A stretch of 64,000 nucleotides of DNA, taken from the NCBI GenBank assembly GCA_038131165.1, contig JAYPOZ010000008.1, forward strand, positions 3,891-67,890. Reading direction: 5' to 3'. Under the pieces are notes generated by a model. The model had not been told where the DNA came from, ran no database searches, and saw only the letters and a program-made list of their open reading frames with translations. This DNA is from Rickettsiales bacterium (lineage in GTDB: Bacteria > Pseudomonadota > Alphaproteobacteria > UBA8366). Shown in pieces: positions 28,901-37,788 of this stretch. The position numbers and the translations under genes were made by a program. Each line of letters opens with the position of its first letter. The stretch's first letter is position 1.

Positions 28901-29487
28901 CAGCACCCGGAATAGCGCGACATCGCCCAGCCGTAGAGGCCGAGATCGAGAAATTCCTGGACACCTGCGGGATTCAGGACCGGGATCATCGCGTCCATGA
29001 ACGCATATTCCGTCTGATGCGCGGTTGTCGACGATTTGCAGGTATGGTCGTCGCCCGCCAGCAAGAGGACACCGCCCGTCGGCGAAGAGCCGAACAGATT
29101 ACCGTGCCGCAGAATATCGCCGGAACGGTCGACGCCGGGGCCCTTCGCGTACCACATGGAAAAGACGCCGTCGTAATTGGCGCCGATCGACATGTCCAAC
29201 TGCTGCGTGCCCAAGATGGCGGTCGCCGCGAGATCTTCGTTGACGCCCGGCTGGAAACGGATGTGGTGCTTCTCGAGAAAGGCCTTGGCTTGCCAGAGCT
29301 GCTGGTCGACCAGGCCGAGCGGCGATCCGCGGTAACCGGATATGAAGCAGCCGGTATTCAGCCCCGCGGCTTCGTCGCGGCGGCGCTGCATCATCGGCAG
29401 GCGGACCAGGGCTTGCGTACCCGTCAGGAAGACTCGGCCTGATTCCAAGGCGTACTTATCGTCGAGAGAAACGGGCGCAAGCGCCAT
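25996..29487 (-). CDS. Indolepyruvate/2-oxoacid:ferredoxin oxidoreductase, fused IorA-IorB type
   Basis: 1163 aa. A TPP-binding region GDGTYYHSG and a 4Fe-4S Cys cluster CEGCGDCSVKSNC...CNKDYSCVNGFCPS are present. Confidence 0.9.
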   Translation of the reverse strand: MALAPVSLDDKYALESGRVFLTGTQALVRLPMMQRRRDEAAGLNTGCFISGYRGSPLGLVDQQLWQAKAFLEKHHIRFQPGVNEDLAATAILGTQQLDMSIGANYDGVFSMWYAKGPGVDRSGDILRHGNLFGSSPTGGVLLLAGDDHTCKSSTTAHQTEYAFMDAMIPVLNPAGVQEFLDLGLYGWAMSRYSGCWTAFKLIAETVDSSASVYVDPHRVDIRRPDDFAMPEGGLSIRYPDTPLEMEERLHRYKINAVLAFARANKLDKAVLDGPNRRFGIVTCGKSYLDVRQALEELGINEDYARAIGLSIYKVGMTWPLEREGIRQFCEGLEEVLVVEEKRALIENQLKEQLYNWRADRRPRVIGKFDEAGEWILPSIGELTPTQIARVIAKRLTQFHTSRQLDDRVKYLESQEQALQSNAEGFQRTPYFCSGCPHNSSTKVPDGSRALSGIGCHFMAQWMERNTATFTHMGAEGVPWVGISPFTDEEHVFANIGDGTYYHSGLMAIRQSIAAGVNMTYKILFNDAVAMTGGQPHDGPLTVPRITQQMMAEGATRVVVVTDEPDKYPSDAGFAKGTKIFHRDDLMKVQKELRTEKGVTVFVYDQTCAAEKRRRRRRGTFPDPLKRVMINDLVCEGCGDCSVKSNCLSVVPKETEFGRKRTIDQSSCNKDYSCVNGFCPSFVTVHGTDLKKPRTSGQEISVPDIFEALPEPVLPGTAEPFGMLVTGIGGTGVVTIGAIVAMAAHIEGKGCSVLDMVGLAQKGGAVLTHIRIADRPEDLHAVRIAAGGADMMLGCDIVTAAGFDALSKVAPGTTRAVVNSHETITGDFTRDPDMSFPGDELHQTIAKVVGSDRTDFLEATKLATELLGNSIASNMFMLGCAWQKGLVPVSREALFQAIELNGVAVEANKQAFTWGRRAAHDLALVRKMASSDEDVGIDEPKQADTLVSHVERRVDFLTGYQGRALARRYKDFVVKVQTSEAHRVQGAEALTLAVARYYFKLLAYKDEYEVARLHTETDFLAEVGDKFEPGYKLKFHLAPPMFARRDPDTGVPRKMEVGEWILPAFRALARLKILRGTPLDAFGYTQERKRERQLIKEYEATTESLLRDLTPANHGVAVEIASLPEQIRGYGHIKEKSISEAKAREIELLAEFRNPQAKSDVAAE

Positions 29488-29793
29488 GTTGCCATCCCCA
29501 AAATGCCGTCAGAGTGAGATTAGAAGGGTACCTTGTGTCGCCGCGAATTCAAATCTAATAGGGGTCGTTGCGATGGATTCGTAACAATTATGCGTGTAAT
29601 GCGCGGCGGAAACGGAATTATTGCGGGGCGAGGCCTGTTCCGGACACGAAAGGGAAAGCGCCCTGCGAAGGAGGCAGTCGAATATTTCTTCGGATACCTC
29701 TTGTTCCAATGAATATGATGGAGTTTGTAAAGTCTTGAGGGAGGGTGACGGGCGCGAAGAGCGACGTGTCGAGTCTCAAGTTGGGGAGCATTC

Positions 29794-30246
29794 ATGCAGG
29801 TAAGACAATTGTTGGCCGGCAATCGGGGGCCGGTGGAAACGACCACGCCGGCGACGGTCATCCACGAAGTCGCCAAGATTTTGCGGAATAAAAAGATCGG
29901 TCTGGTTGTGGTGTCGGGGGAGAAAGGTGCAATCGCCGGCGTGTTGTCGGAGCGCGATATTATCCGCGGATTGGCTGATCGGGGTGCCGGTATCGTCGAG
30001 ACGACCGTCTCGGAATTGATGACGCGGGATGTGCTGACGTGCCTGCCGAGCGACGATACCGCCGCTGTATTGCGTCGGATGTGGATCAACAATATCCGCC
30101 ATATGCCGGTCGTCGAGGATGGGGAGCTCGTCGGCATTCTGAGCGTCAGGGACTTGCTGAAATCCATTACTCAGGAAGGCGGCGCCCGCGCCAGGGATAT
30201 TCTGATCGAGGTCCTTCGGGAGGGCCGCTATTATCCAGGTACTTGA
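29794..30246 (+). CDS. CBS domain pair protein
   Basis: Two CBS motifs are present: GVLSERDIIRGL and GILSVRDLLK. Confidence 0.85.
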   Translation: MQVRQLLAGNRGPVETTTPATVIHEVAKILRNKKIGLVVVSGEKGAIAGVLSERDIIRGLADRGAGIVETTVSELMTRDVLTCLPSDDTAAVLRRMWINNIRHMPVVEDGELVGILSVRDLLKSITQEGGARARDILIEVLREGRYYPGT

Positions 30247-30358
30247 ATTCCGTCGTCCGCGGCGCGGTTCGTTTTCCGGCCGCCGGTCATCAAGGGGATG
30301 ATTTTCCCTGCCAGACGCGCTATATGGGCGCAGCTCGTTTTACCTTGAAGAGAAATCA

Positions 30359-31336
30359 ATGGCCGTTCTACTCACCGGCGGTGCCGGATTCATCGGATAC
30401 CATACGGCCGAAGCGCTCCTGGAACGGGGCGAGCGCGTCGTCGCGGTCGATAATCTAAACGATTATTACGATGTGTCGTTGAAACAGGCACGGCTCGCGA
30501 GGCTTGAACGCCACGATGGGTTTTCGTTCCACCGAATCGATATCGCCGATCGCACGGCCATGGAGACCCTGGCGGCGGCGAATCCGGATATCGACGGCAT
30601 CGTCCATCTCGCGGCGCAGGCCGGCGTTCGGTATTCCCTGGAGAATCCCTACGCCTATGTCGAAACCAATCTCGTCGGTCAGATCGTGATGCTTGAGGTC
30701 GCGCGGCATCTGTCCGGCTTGAAGCACATGGTCTATGCCAGCTCCTCCTCCGTCTATGGCGGCAACGAGAAACTGCCGTTCGCGCTCGAGGATCGGGTCG
30801 ATATGCCGGTCTCGCTTTATGCGGCGACCAAGCGCGCCGACGAACTGATGGGGCATTGCTACAGCCATCTCTATCGAATTCCGATGACGGGGTTGCGCTT
30901 CTTCACGGTCTATGGCCGCTGGGGCCGCCCGGACATGGCCGCGTTCCTGTTTACCAAGGCGATCCTCGAGGGGCGGCCCATCGACGTGTTCAACAATGGC
31001 GACATGAAGCGCGACTTCACGCATGTCAGCGACATTGTTCTCGGCATCCTCGCTTGTCTCGACCGGCCGCCGGCAGATGTCGGTGCCGCCCCGCACAAGC
31101 TCTACAATCTCGGCAACAACAAACCCGAATCCCTGATGCGCTTTATCGAGCTGATCGAACGGTCGAGCAATCATAAGGCCGAAATCGCGTTCAAGCCGAT
31201 GCAGCCGGGCGATGTGAAGGAGACGTTCGCCGATATCGAAGCGAGCCGCCGCGATTTGGGGTTTGCGCCGAAGACGCCCATCGACGAAGGGATACCGGAT
31301 TTCGTCGAATGGTATCGCGAGTATCACGGCGTCTGA
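30359..31336 (+). CDS. NAD-dependent epimerase, UDP-glucuronate 4-epimerase-like
   Basis: LLTGGAGFIGYH, YAATKRADE (YxxxK) and the RFFTVYGRWGRPDMA pattern are present. Confidence 0.85.
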   Translation: MAVLLTGGAGFIGYHTAEALLERGERVVAVDNLNDYYDVSLKQARLARLERHDGFSFHRIDIADRTAMETLAAANPDIDGIVHLAAQAGVRYSLENPYAYVETNLVGQIVMLEVARHLSGLKHMVYASSSSVYGGNEKLPFALEDRVDMPVSLYAATKRADELMGHCYSHLYRIPMTGLRFFTVYGRWGRPDMAAFLFTKAILEGRPIDVFNNGDMKRDFTHVSDIVLGILACLDRPPADVGAAPHKLYNLGNNKPESLMRFIELIERSSNHKAEIAFKPMQPGDVKETFADIEASRRDLGFAPKTPIDEGIPDFVEWYREYHGV

Positions 31337-31422
31337 AAACCGAATTTCTGCGTTTGCCGAGGGACTTCTTCCCGATACGCGCTAAATCCATCTCAGGAAT
31401 TGGCCGATAGGGAGAAAAGGCG

Positions 31423-32445
31423 ATGCAGTTCGGCATCATGATGCGGGGACAGTTTCCCCGCGAAGAGGCGGTCGCGGAGCGATTTCAGGAAATGCTCGAG
31501 CAGGCCCGCATGGCGGAGCGGCTCGGCTATCATTCGATCACCAAGGGGGCGCATTACAGCACCTACCCGTTGCAGGACTTGCAACAGGTGCCGTTCTTGT
31601 GCCGGGTCGCCGCCGAAGCGCCGAGCCTGCGTCTCAATACGGGCGTCTTGCTGTTGCCGCTGCACAAGCCGTTGGACGTCGCGGAGCAGCTCGGCACGCT
31701 GGATATCATGACCAACGGCAAGCTCATCTTCGGCTGCGGTGTCGGCTACCGGGATATCGAGTTCAAGGCGTTCGGGACCTCCAAGTCCGAGCGGGGCAAG
31801 CGCTTCGAGGAGAACCTGCTGGCGATCAAGCGCCTGTGGACGGAAGACAAGGTGACGATGAAGGGGACGCATTTCGAGTTGGACGAGGCCTCGTGTTCGG
31901 CGCGTCCGGTCCAGCAGCCGCACCCGCCGATCTGGATCGGCGCCGCCGCCGATGCGGCGATCGTCCGGGCGGCGAAGATGGGTACTTGCTGGTATGTCGG
32001 TCCCAACGACCGCCTCGACGGGATTGCGTCGCAGCTGGAGACGTACAAGCGGGCGCTCGACGCGGCCGGCCGGGAGTTCCCGGAAGAGTTTCCCGTTCGC
32101 CGCGAGGTCTTCGTGGCGCCGACCCGCGAGGAGGCCTACGAACTGGCGCGCGAGCCGATCATGACGAAATACCGAGCCTATCATTCCTGGGGGCTCGGCC
32201 AGGCCCGCGTCGGTGCCGGCGAGGCGGACGAACTCGGTCAGCCTTTCGAGGAGTTGCTGAAGGATCGTTTCTTCATCGGCTCTCCCGACGACGTGGCGGA
32301 GCAGATTATTAAGTTCAACAAGCGCATCGGCATGAATCATATTGTCATGAGCATGCATTGGCCGGGTCTCGAAGTGACCCGTTCGATGGAGGCGATGCAA
32401 TTGCTGGCGGAAGAGGTGTTTCCGCGGGTGCGCCAAGGCCTTTAG
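31423..32445 (+). CDS. LLM-class flavin-dependent oxidoreductase
   Basis: Luciferase-like fold pattern: MQFGIMM..., HPPIWIGA and FIGSPDDVAEQI. Confidence 0.85.
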   Translation: MQFGIMMRGQFPREEAVAERFQEMLEQARMAERLGYHSITKGAHYSTYPLQDLQQVPFLCRVAAEAPSLRLNTGVLLLPLHKPLDVAEQLGTLDIMTNGKLIFGCGVGYRDIEFKAFGTSKSERGKRFEENLLAIKRLWTEDKVTMKGTHFELDEASCSARPVQQPHPPIWIGAAADAAIVRAAKMGTCWYVGPNDRLDGIASQLETYKRALDAAGREFPEEFPVRREVFVAPTREEAYELAREPIMTKYRAYHSWGLGQARVGAGEADELGQPFEELLKDRFFIGSPDDVAEQIIKFNKRIGMNHIVMSMHWPGLEVTRSMEAMQLLAEEVFPRVRQGL

Positions 32446-32469
32446 ATCGAAACCCGGAAGGAGTAGACG

Positions 32470-33045
32470 ATGAGTGCAGATCCACATCGCGTCGTGTTGA
32501 CGGGAGAGAATCCCTTTATCCGCCTGAGCGGCTCGAAGGACGGACCGGTCTCCACCAATGCCAGCTTTTGGCGCATTCTGTTCTCCCCGGCGGGGCCGGG
32601 CCATGTGCTCTACATCAAGAGCGAGCTCACGGACAATCAATGGCGGATTTATTCGGACAACATCTCGATGACGCGGTGGCTGCAGAAGACCGTGCAGGGA
32701 ATGCTGAACGAGGAGCTGGCGGACACCTCGATTTCCGTCATCGAATCGGAGTTTACCCGTTTCGGCGATTTCCGGGACGGCTGGACGGAACGGGTCGAGG
32801 CCTACGACGACGAGCTTGAGCTGACGTGGTACGACGTCGGCGATCCGCTGTTGATTCATACCGAGCCTGGAGAACCGGCCGGCCGCGCCTACGGGGTCTG
32901 CACGGTCTTGGTGCCGGCGCTCGGTGCGCGCCTCACGCGGAACGGGGTCGAGGCGTCGGGGCAAGCCTGGCCGGTCGAACGCGAGGGCCGGCCCTTCAGT
33001 ACCTGCGCGCTCGCTTTCTCGGAAAGCTGGACGGAAAAACGATAA
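32470..33045 (+). CDS. Hypothetical protein (no motif recognised)
   Basis: 191-aa ORF with genome-typical GC3-rich codons. It sits tightly between the LLM and SDR genes (24-nt and 31-nt gaps). Confidence 0.6.
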   Translation: MSADPHRVVLTGENPFIRLSGSKDGPVSTNASFWRILFSPAGPGHVLYIKSELTDNQWRIYSDNISMTRWLQKTVQGMLNEELADTSISVIESEFTRFGDFRDGWTERVEAYDDELELTWYDVGDPLLIHTEPGEPAGRAYGVCTVLVPALGARLTRNGVEASGQAWPVEREGRPFSTCALAFSESWTEKR

Positions 33046-33076
33046 ATGGGCGCGAGCCCGGAAAGCGAGTCATGAT

Positions 33077-33862
33077 ATGCTAAAAGGCAAGGGCGCCCTG
33101 GTCACCGGATCGTCGGGCAGCATCGGCACCGCCATCGCCAACGCGCTGGCGGAAGCGGGGGCCAACGTAATGCTCAACGGCTTTCGAAATCCGGAGGCCA
33201 TCGAGGCGCAACGCGACCGGATGATCGCGGATTACGGCACGAAGGTCGACTACCGGATCGCCGATCTGAACGATCCCGACGCGATCGAAAAACTCGTGGC
33301 CGACAGCGAATCCTCGCTCGGTTCACTCGACATTGTCGTCAACAACGCCGGCGTTCGGCACACGGACAAGATCCAGGATTTCCCGAACGATGCCTGGGAG
33401 CGCGCCTTGCGGGTCTATCTGTCGGCCTGTTTCTATACGACGCGCCAGGCGGTGCCGAAGATGCTGGAGCGCAACTGGGGCCGGATCGTCAATATTTCCT
33501 CGATCTACGGCACCTTGGCGGTGCCGAACCGCATCGACTACGTCACCACCAAGGCGGCGCTCGACGGGATGAGCCGGGGTGTCGCGCTCGAGCTTGCGGA
33601 GACGGGGATCACCTGCAATTCAGTGGCGCCCGGCTGGGTACTCGGGACCCACAGCCAGCGGGTGGTGCAGGCGCATATGGACAAGACCGGGCAGACCTTC
33701 GAGGAAGCGGAATACGACCTCATGGGCATCCGCCAGCCGACCCGCCGTTTCGTGCAGCCGGAACAGGTTGGGGCGCTCGTCGTGTTCCTGTGTTCCGATG
33801 CGGCGAGCGAGATCACCGGTGCCACGATGCCGATCGACGGCGCCTGGTCGGCGAAGTCCTGA
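33077..33862 (+). CDS. Short-chain dehydrogenase/reductase (3-hydroxybutyrate dehydrogenase-like)
   Basis: TGSSGSIG, NNAG and YVTTKAAL are present. The start is the internal ATG of track ORF 32924..33862. Confidence 0.9.
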   Translation: MLKGKGALVTGSSGSIGTAIANALAEAGANVMLNGFRNPEAIEAQRDRMIADYGTKVDYRIADLNDPDAIEKLVADSESSLGSLDIVVNNAGVRHTDKIQDFPNDAWERALRVYLSACFYTTRQAVPKMLERNWGRIVNISSIYGTLAVPNRIDYVTTKAALDGMSRGVALELAETGITCNSVAPGWVLGTHSQRVVQAHMDKTGQTFEEAEYDLMGIRQPTRRFVQPEQVGALVVFLCSDAASEITGATMPIDGAWSAKS

Positions 33863-33904
33863 AGTCATGCGGCCGCCGGGTCGGCCGGGGGCCGCTGGGC
33901 GCGC

Positions 33905-35284
33905 TTACGAATACTTGTCGATCAACGCCCGCGCCCGGGCGGCGGATTCTGCGGGGATCGTATGGCGCGGCGGGAAATCCCCGCCCGGTTTCGTCGCGTC
34001 GATGATCATTTTCGCGGTCAGGCCGTTATGATTCGAGGGATCGAGAATTGCACCCATGCAGTTCTTCAGGATATCCACGTCGGTGTCCGCCTGCATGCGG
34101 GTGCAGATCGCCCACATCACGTCCTGATCGCTGGTAATATCGACATCGCTGTCGACGACGACCGCCAGCTTTAAGCTAAGGTCCTCGCCGAGCGCGGTCG
34201 CCGCCGCATTCTTGGCCTGTCCCGGAGCGGGATTGTTCATGGCGATATAGACATGCATGCGGCAGGTCCCGGATTTGGGCATCGCGACACCGGTCACATT
34301 GGGATAATTTTGCCGCAGCACCTTCAGCAGGCGCGCCTCCATCGGCACCGCCAGCAGCCCGGTATGCTCGTCGGAAATGCCGGAAACGATGTCCTGATAG
34401 ATCGCGTCGCTGCGGTGCAGGATCGCCGAGACTTCGATGACATGCTGTGTCGAGCGGGCCGAGGCGTAGCCGGTGAATTCGGCGAATGGTCCTTCCGCCA
34501 CCTGTTCTCCCGGCAGGATATGGCCTTCGATGACGAACTCGGCATGCGCCGGCGCCTCGACGGGGACCGTCACGCCGTCGACCAGCTCCAGGGGCTGCCC
34601 CATGAATCCGCCGGCGACGGCGTATTCGTCGGCGTCGATCGAGCCTTTCCAGAGGCCGCTCCCGAACGCAAACCGCGGATGGCCGCCGATGACGATCGAC
34701 ACGGGAATGGGCTCATTCCGTTCCGCCGCGCGCTCGGCATAGTTCCACAGATGGCGGCGGCTGTGCAGGCTGGTGCCGAAACGCGTTTTGCCCATCACCT
34801 GGAGGCGGTGATAGCTGGCGTTGCGCACGCCGGTATCCGGGTCCTTCGCCACCACGATACCGTTCGTCACATAGCGCCCCCCGTCTTCCGCGAAATGATT
34901 GAGGATCGGCAAATAGTCGAGATCGACGTCGCCACCAGTCATCACCACGTCCAGGATCGGGCCGGTATCGCGGATGACCGGCTCAATCGTCTCCTCGCCG
35001 AGCCCGGCCCAGGTTTCGATCAGCTTGTCCTCCGGGACACCGAGCGCCTGCGCGTAGCGGCGTCGATTCCCGAAGAGATTGGTGACGACGGGAAACGGCG
35101 AATCGCCGACCTTGTCGAACCACAGCACCGGGGCGCGGCCGAGCCGCTCCAACTCCATCGCCAGCGCCGTCACATCGAAATCGAGCCCGACCGGCTCCGG
35201 GATACGCAGAATGCTATCGGGGTCGGCCTCCTCCAATTCCGCGAGAAAGCTTCTAAGATCGAGCGGTCTCTCATTCGCACGCAT
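33905..35284 (-). CDS. UbiD-family (prFMN-dependent) decarboxylase
   Basis: 459 aa with UbiD-like blocks (VTNGIVVAKDPDTGVRNASYHRLQV and EGPFAEFTGY). No UbiX/prenyltransferase gene is present in the window. Confidence 0.9.
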   Translation of the reverse strand: MRANERPLDLRSFLAELEEADPDSILRIPEPVGLDFDVTALAMELERLGRAPVLWFDKVGDSPFPVVTNLFGNRRRYAQALGVPEDKLIETWAGLGEETIEPVIRDTGPILDVVMTGGDVDLDYLPILNHFAEDGGRYVTNGIVVAKDPDTGVRNASYHRLQVMGKTRFGTSLHSRRHLWNYAERAAERNEPIPVSIVIGGHPRFAFGSGLWKGSIDADEYAVAGGFMGQPLELVDGVTVPVEAPAHAEFVIEGHILPGEQVAEGPFAEFTGYASARSTQHVIEVSAILHRSDAIYQDIVSGISDEHTGLLAVPMEARLLKVLRQNYPNVTGVAMPKSGTCRMHVYIAMNNPAPGQAKNAAATALGEDLSLKLAVVVDSDVDITSDQDVMWAICTRMQADTDVDILKNCMGAILDPSNHNGLTAKMIIDATKPGGDFPPRHTIPAESAARARALIDKYS

Positions 35285-35380
35285 GGAACATGCCCCCTAA
35301 ATAATCTCGGCGATTCGAAATTTTCGCCGCACCCTATCCGGCGTCCCTCGATTCCCGGAAACTGTCTCCTTCGGCCCGTC

Positions 35381-36790
35381 TCAGTCTACGACGACCGGCT
35401 CGATCGTCTCCAAAATCCAGCGCGCGATGGCGGTCATCCGGGCATCGTCGCCCTGCTGGCCGATCACCTGGGCGCCGACCGGCAGGCCGCCGACGCCGAG
35501 CAGCGGCATCGTGACCGCCGGCGCGAACAGCATCGAGCTTGGATAATTGAAGATGGCATCCCCCGTAGGGCGCGGCGCCAGCGGCTTGCCGGGCTCGTCG
35601 CGCGGCATCAGAGGGGCGGGGCCCGGGCAGGATAGGCTGATCATCGCGTCGGCGAAGGGGCCGACGCGGGCATGCGCCATCTGCGCCCGGTCGCGGGCCA
35701 GCAGCGCGGCGCGGTAGTCGTCCGGCGTCATGGCTTCGGCCTTGGCGAGGGTGGCCTGGGTCCGGGCGCTGACGCCATCGGGGTTCTCGTTCACGAGATT
35801 GCGCTGCGCCCACCGGTTCTCCCAGCCCGTGATCGCGCTGCACACGGCGCCGGCCCCCTCGACCGCCGTTTCCAGAGTTTCGTAGGACGGGTTGTCGGAC
35901 CGACGCAGAATCTCGACGCCGGCGTCCGCCAGCCGGTCGAGCAGCGTCTCGAAAGCAGACTTGCTGGCCGCGTCGAGGATTTTCCAGCCGTCGCCTTCGA
36001 GCACGAGCAGACGGTTGGGGCGTGCGGCCTTTGGCGTCGTCGCCGGGCCGACAAGGCCCGGATAGCCGCGGTCGCCGCCGGCCCGGTTGGCGATTTCGAT
36101 CGCGATCTGCCACATGTCCTCGATGCATCCCGCATGCGGTCCATGGGTACTCATGCTGGTCGCCATGCGTTCGCCGCGGTTGATGCCGCCCTGGCTCGGT
36201 TTCAGGGCGACATTGCCGCAGAAGGCGGCGGGGCGGATGATCGAGCCGCCGACCTGGCTGCCGATGGCGGCGGGCAGCATCCGCGCGGCGACGGCGGCGG
36301 CCGATCCCGAAGACGAGCCGCCCGGCGTGCGGGCCGGATCGAACGGGTTGGTCGTCGGGCCTGGATGCGAGCCGCCAAGCTCCGCGGTCACGGTCTTGGC
36401 GACGATGACGGCGCCAGCCTCGCGCAACGCCCAGACGGCGGCATTGTCGCGCTTCGGGAAATTCCCCGCATAGGCGGCGCAGCCCATTTGGGTCGGCATG
36501 TCCTTGGTCTCCAGGAGATCCTTGATGCCAATCGGCAGTCCGTCGATGGGAGAAAGCGGGCTACCGTCCTTCCAGCGCGCGGTGCTGGCATCGGCGGCGG
36601 CGCGCGCCCCCTCGGCATTCAGGGCCGGGAAGGCCTGGACGACGGGTTCCCGCTCCGCGATGGTCTCGAGGCAACGTTCCAGATAGTCGCGCGGCGTGTC
36701 CGAGCCATCTCGGAAAGCCGCTGTCGCATCGTGGAATGTGAGCGCCGAAAAGCTGCGCGGGTCGTATTTCGTTGGGGTGACGGCGTCCAT
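35381..36790 (-). CDS. Amidase-signature family amidase
   Basis: GGSSSGSAAAVAA and the Ser-cisSer-Lys family pattern (IGIKDL) are present. Confidence 0.9.
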   Translation of the reverse strand: MDAVTPTKYDPRSFSALTFHDATAAFRDGSDTPRDYLERCLETIAEREPVVQAFPALNAEGARAAADASTARWKDGSPLSPIDGLPIGIKDLLETKDMPTQMGCAAYAGNFPKRDNAAVWALREAGAVIVAKTVTAELGGSHPGPTTNPFDPARTPGGSSSGSAAAVAARMLPAAIGSQVGGSIIRPAAFCGNVALKPSQGGINRGERMATSMSTHGPHAGCIEDMWQIAIEIANRAGGDRGYPGLVGPATTPKAARPNRLLVLEGDGWKILDAASKSAFETLLDRLADAGVEILRRSDNPSYETLETAVEGAGAVCSAITGWENRWAQRNLVNENPDGVSARTQATLAKAEAMTPDDYRAALLARDRAQMAHARVGPFADAMISLSCPGPAPLMPRDEPGKPLAPRPTGDAIFNYPSSMLFAPAVTMPLLGVGGLPVGAQVIGQQGDDARMTAIARWILETIEPVVVD

Positions 36791-36835
36791 GTTCTGCTCC
36801 TTGTTCTTCGGCCTCGTGCTCTCGGTCTTCGACGC

Positions 36836-37696
36836 TCAGGCCGGCGGCGTGCCGACGACCTGGACCCGCCGCATGTCGCGGCGGTATCCGTGGTAGTCGT
36901 TGACGGCGATATGGTTCACGCATCTGTTGTCCCAAAAGGTCACGGAACCCGGTGCCCAGCGGAAGCGGAAGGTGTATTCGGGACGGGCCGCGTGCCGGAA
37001 GAGATAGTCGAGCAGCGGCGCGCTCTCCGCCTCCGTCATCCCTTCCAGGCGCCGCGTATAGGAGATGTTCACGAACAGGGATTTCCGTCCGGATTCGGGA
37101 TGGGTGCGCACGATGGGATGGAGGCTTTCGGTCGGCCGCCAGGCGTCATCTTCGCGCACGCCCGTGGAGCGCCCTCTGCTGGCCTTCGATTGCGGCCCCG
37201 CAACCCGGGTATCGTTGTGTACGGCGCGCAAGCCGCCCAGAAGCTCCTTCATGCCGTCCGAAAGGGCTTCGTAGGCCAGATATTGATTGGCGAACATTGT
37301 GTCGCCGCCTTGCGGCGGCGTCTCCAGCGCATACAGAATGCCGCCCATCGGCGGGGCCGCCAGGCATGTCGTATCGGCGTGCCAGTCCTCGCCCACGACC
37401 CGCGTCGCGTCGGGTTCCTTCACGATATGGACGACTTCCGGATGCGGGCCGGCCTTAATCAGGTTGGGGTGAACCAGCAGGTCCCCGAAGCGCCGCCCGA
37501 ACCGCATTAGGGCCTCGTCGTCCAGCGACTGGTCGCGGAAGAAGATCACCAGGTTGTCGATCAGGGCCCGGCGGATTTCCGCGATGGCCTCATCCGGCAG
37601 GTCATGCGACAGGTCGACGCCGGAGACAATTCCGCCACCGGCACCGGCGAGGCGTTCGACGTCGATATGGCGGTATCCCAGAGCGTTTCCGTCCAT
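36836..37696 (-). CDS. TauD/TfdA family 2OG/Fe(II) dioxygenase
   Basis: WHADTT (HxD), GGDTMFAN and WDNRCVNH are present. Confidence 0.9.
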   Translation of the reverse strand: MDGNALGYRHIDVERLAGAGGGIVSGVDLSHDLPDEAIAEIRRALIDNLVIFFRDQSLDDEALMRFGRRFGDLLVHPNLIKAGPHPEVVHIVKEPDATRVVGEDWHADTTCLAAPPMGGILYALETPPQGGDTMFANQYLAYEALSDGMKELLGGLRAVHNDTRVAGPQSKASRGRSTGVREDDAWRPTESLHPIVRTHPESGRKSLFVNISYTRRLEGMTEAESAPLLDYLFRHAARPEYTFRFRWAPGSVTFWDNRCVNHIAVNDYHGYRRDMRRVQVVGTPPA

Positions 37697-37788
37697 GGTT
37701 TACATTCGGCGCAAGCCGTCCTCTGTAAAGTCACGATGTTTGCCTTGAAGGGACAGTAGGTTTCCCCGCATCGAATAGAAGATGGGGG

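Noticed and set aside
29488-29793. 306-nt divergent region between the oxidoreductase and CBS genes, including track ORF 29621..29803.
   Set aside because: Only short imperfect repeats are present (aattatgcg / aattattgcg), and the ORF is Arg/Ser/Glu-rich noise. There is nothing beyond an ordinary divergent promoter region that I can support.
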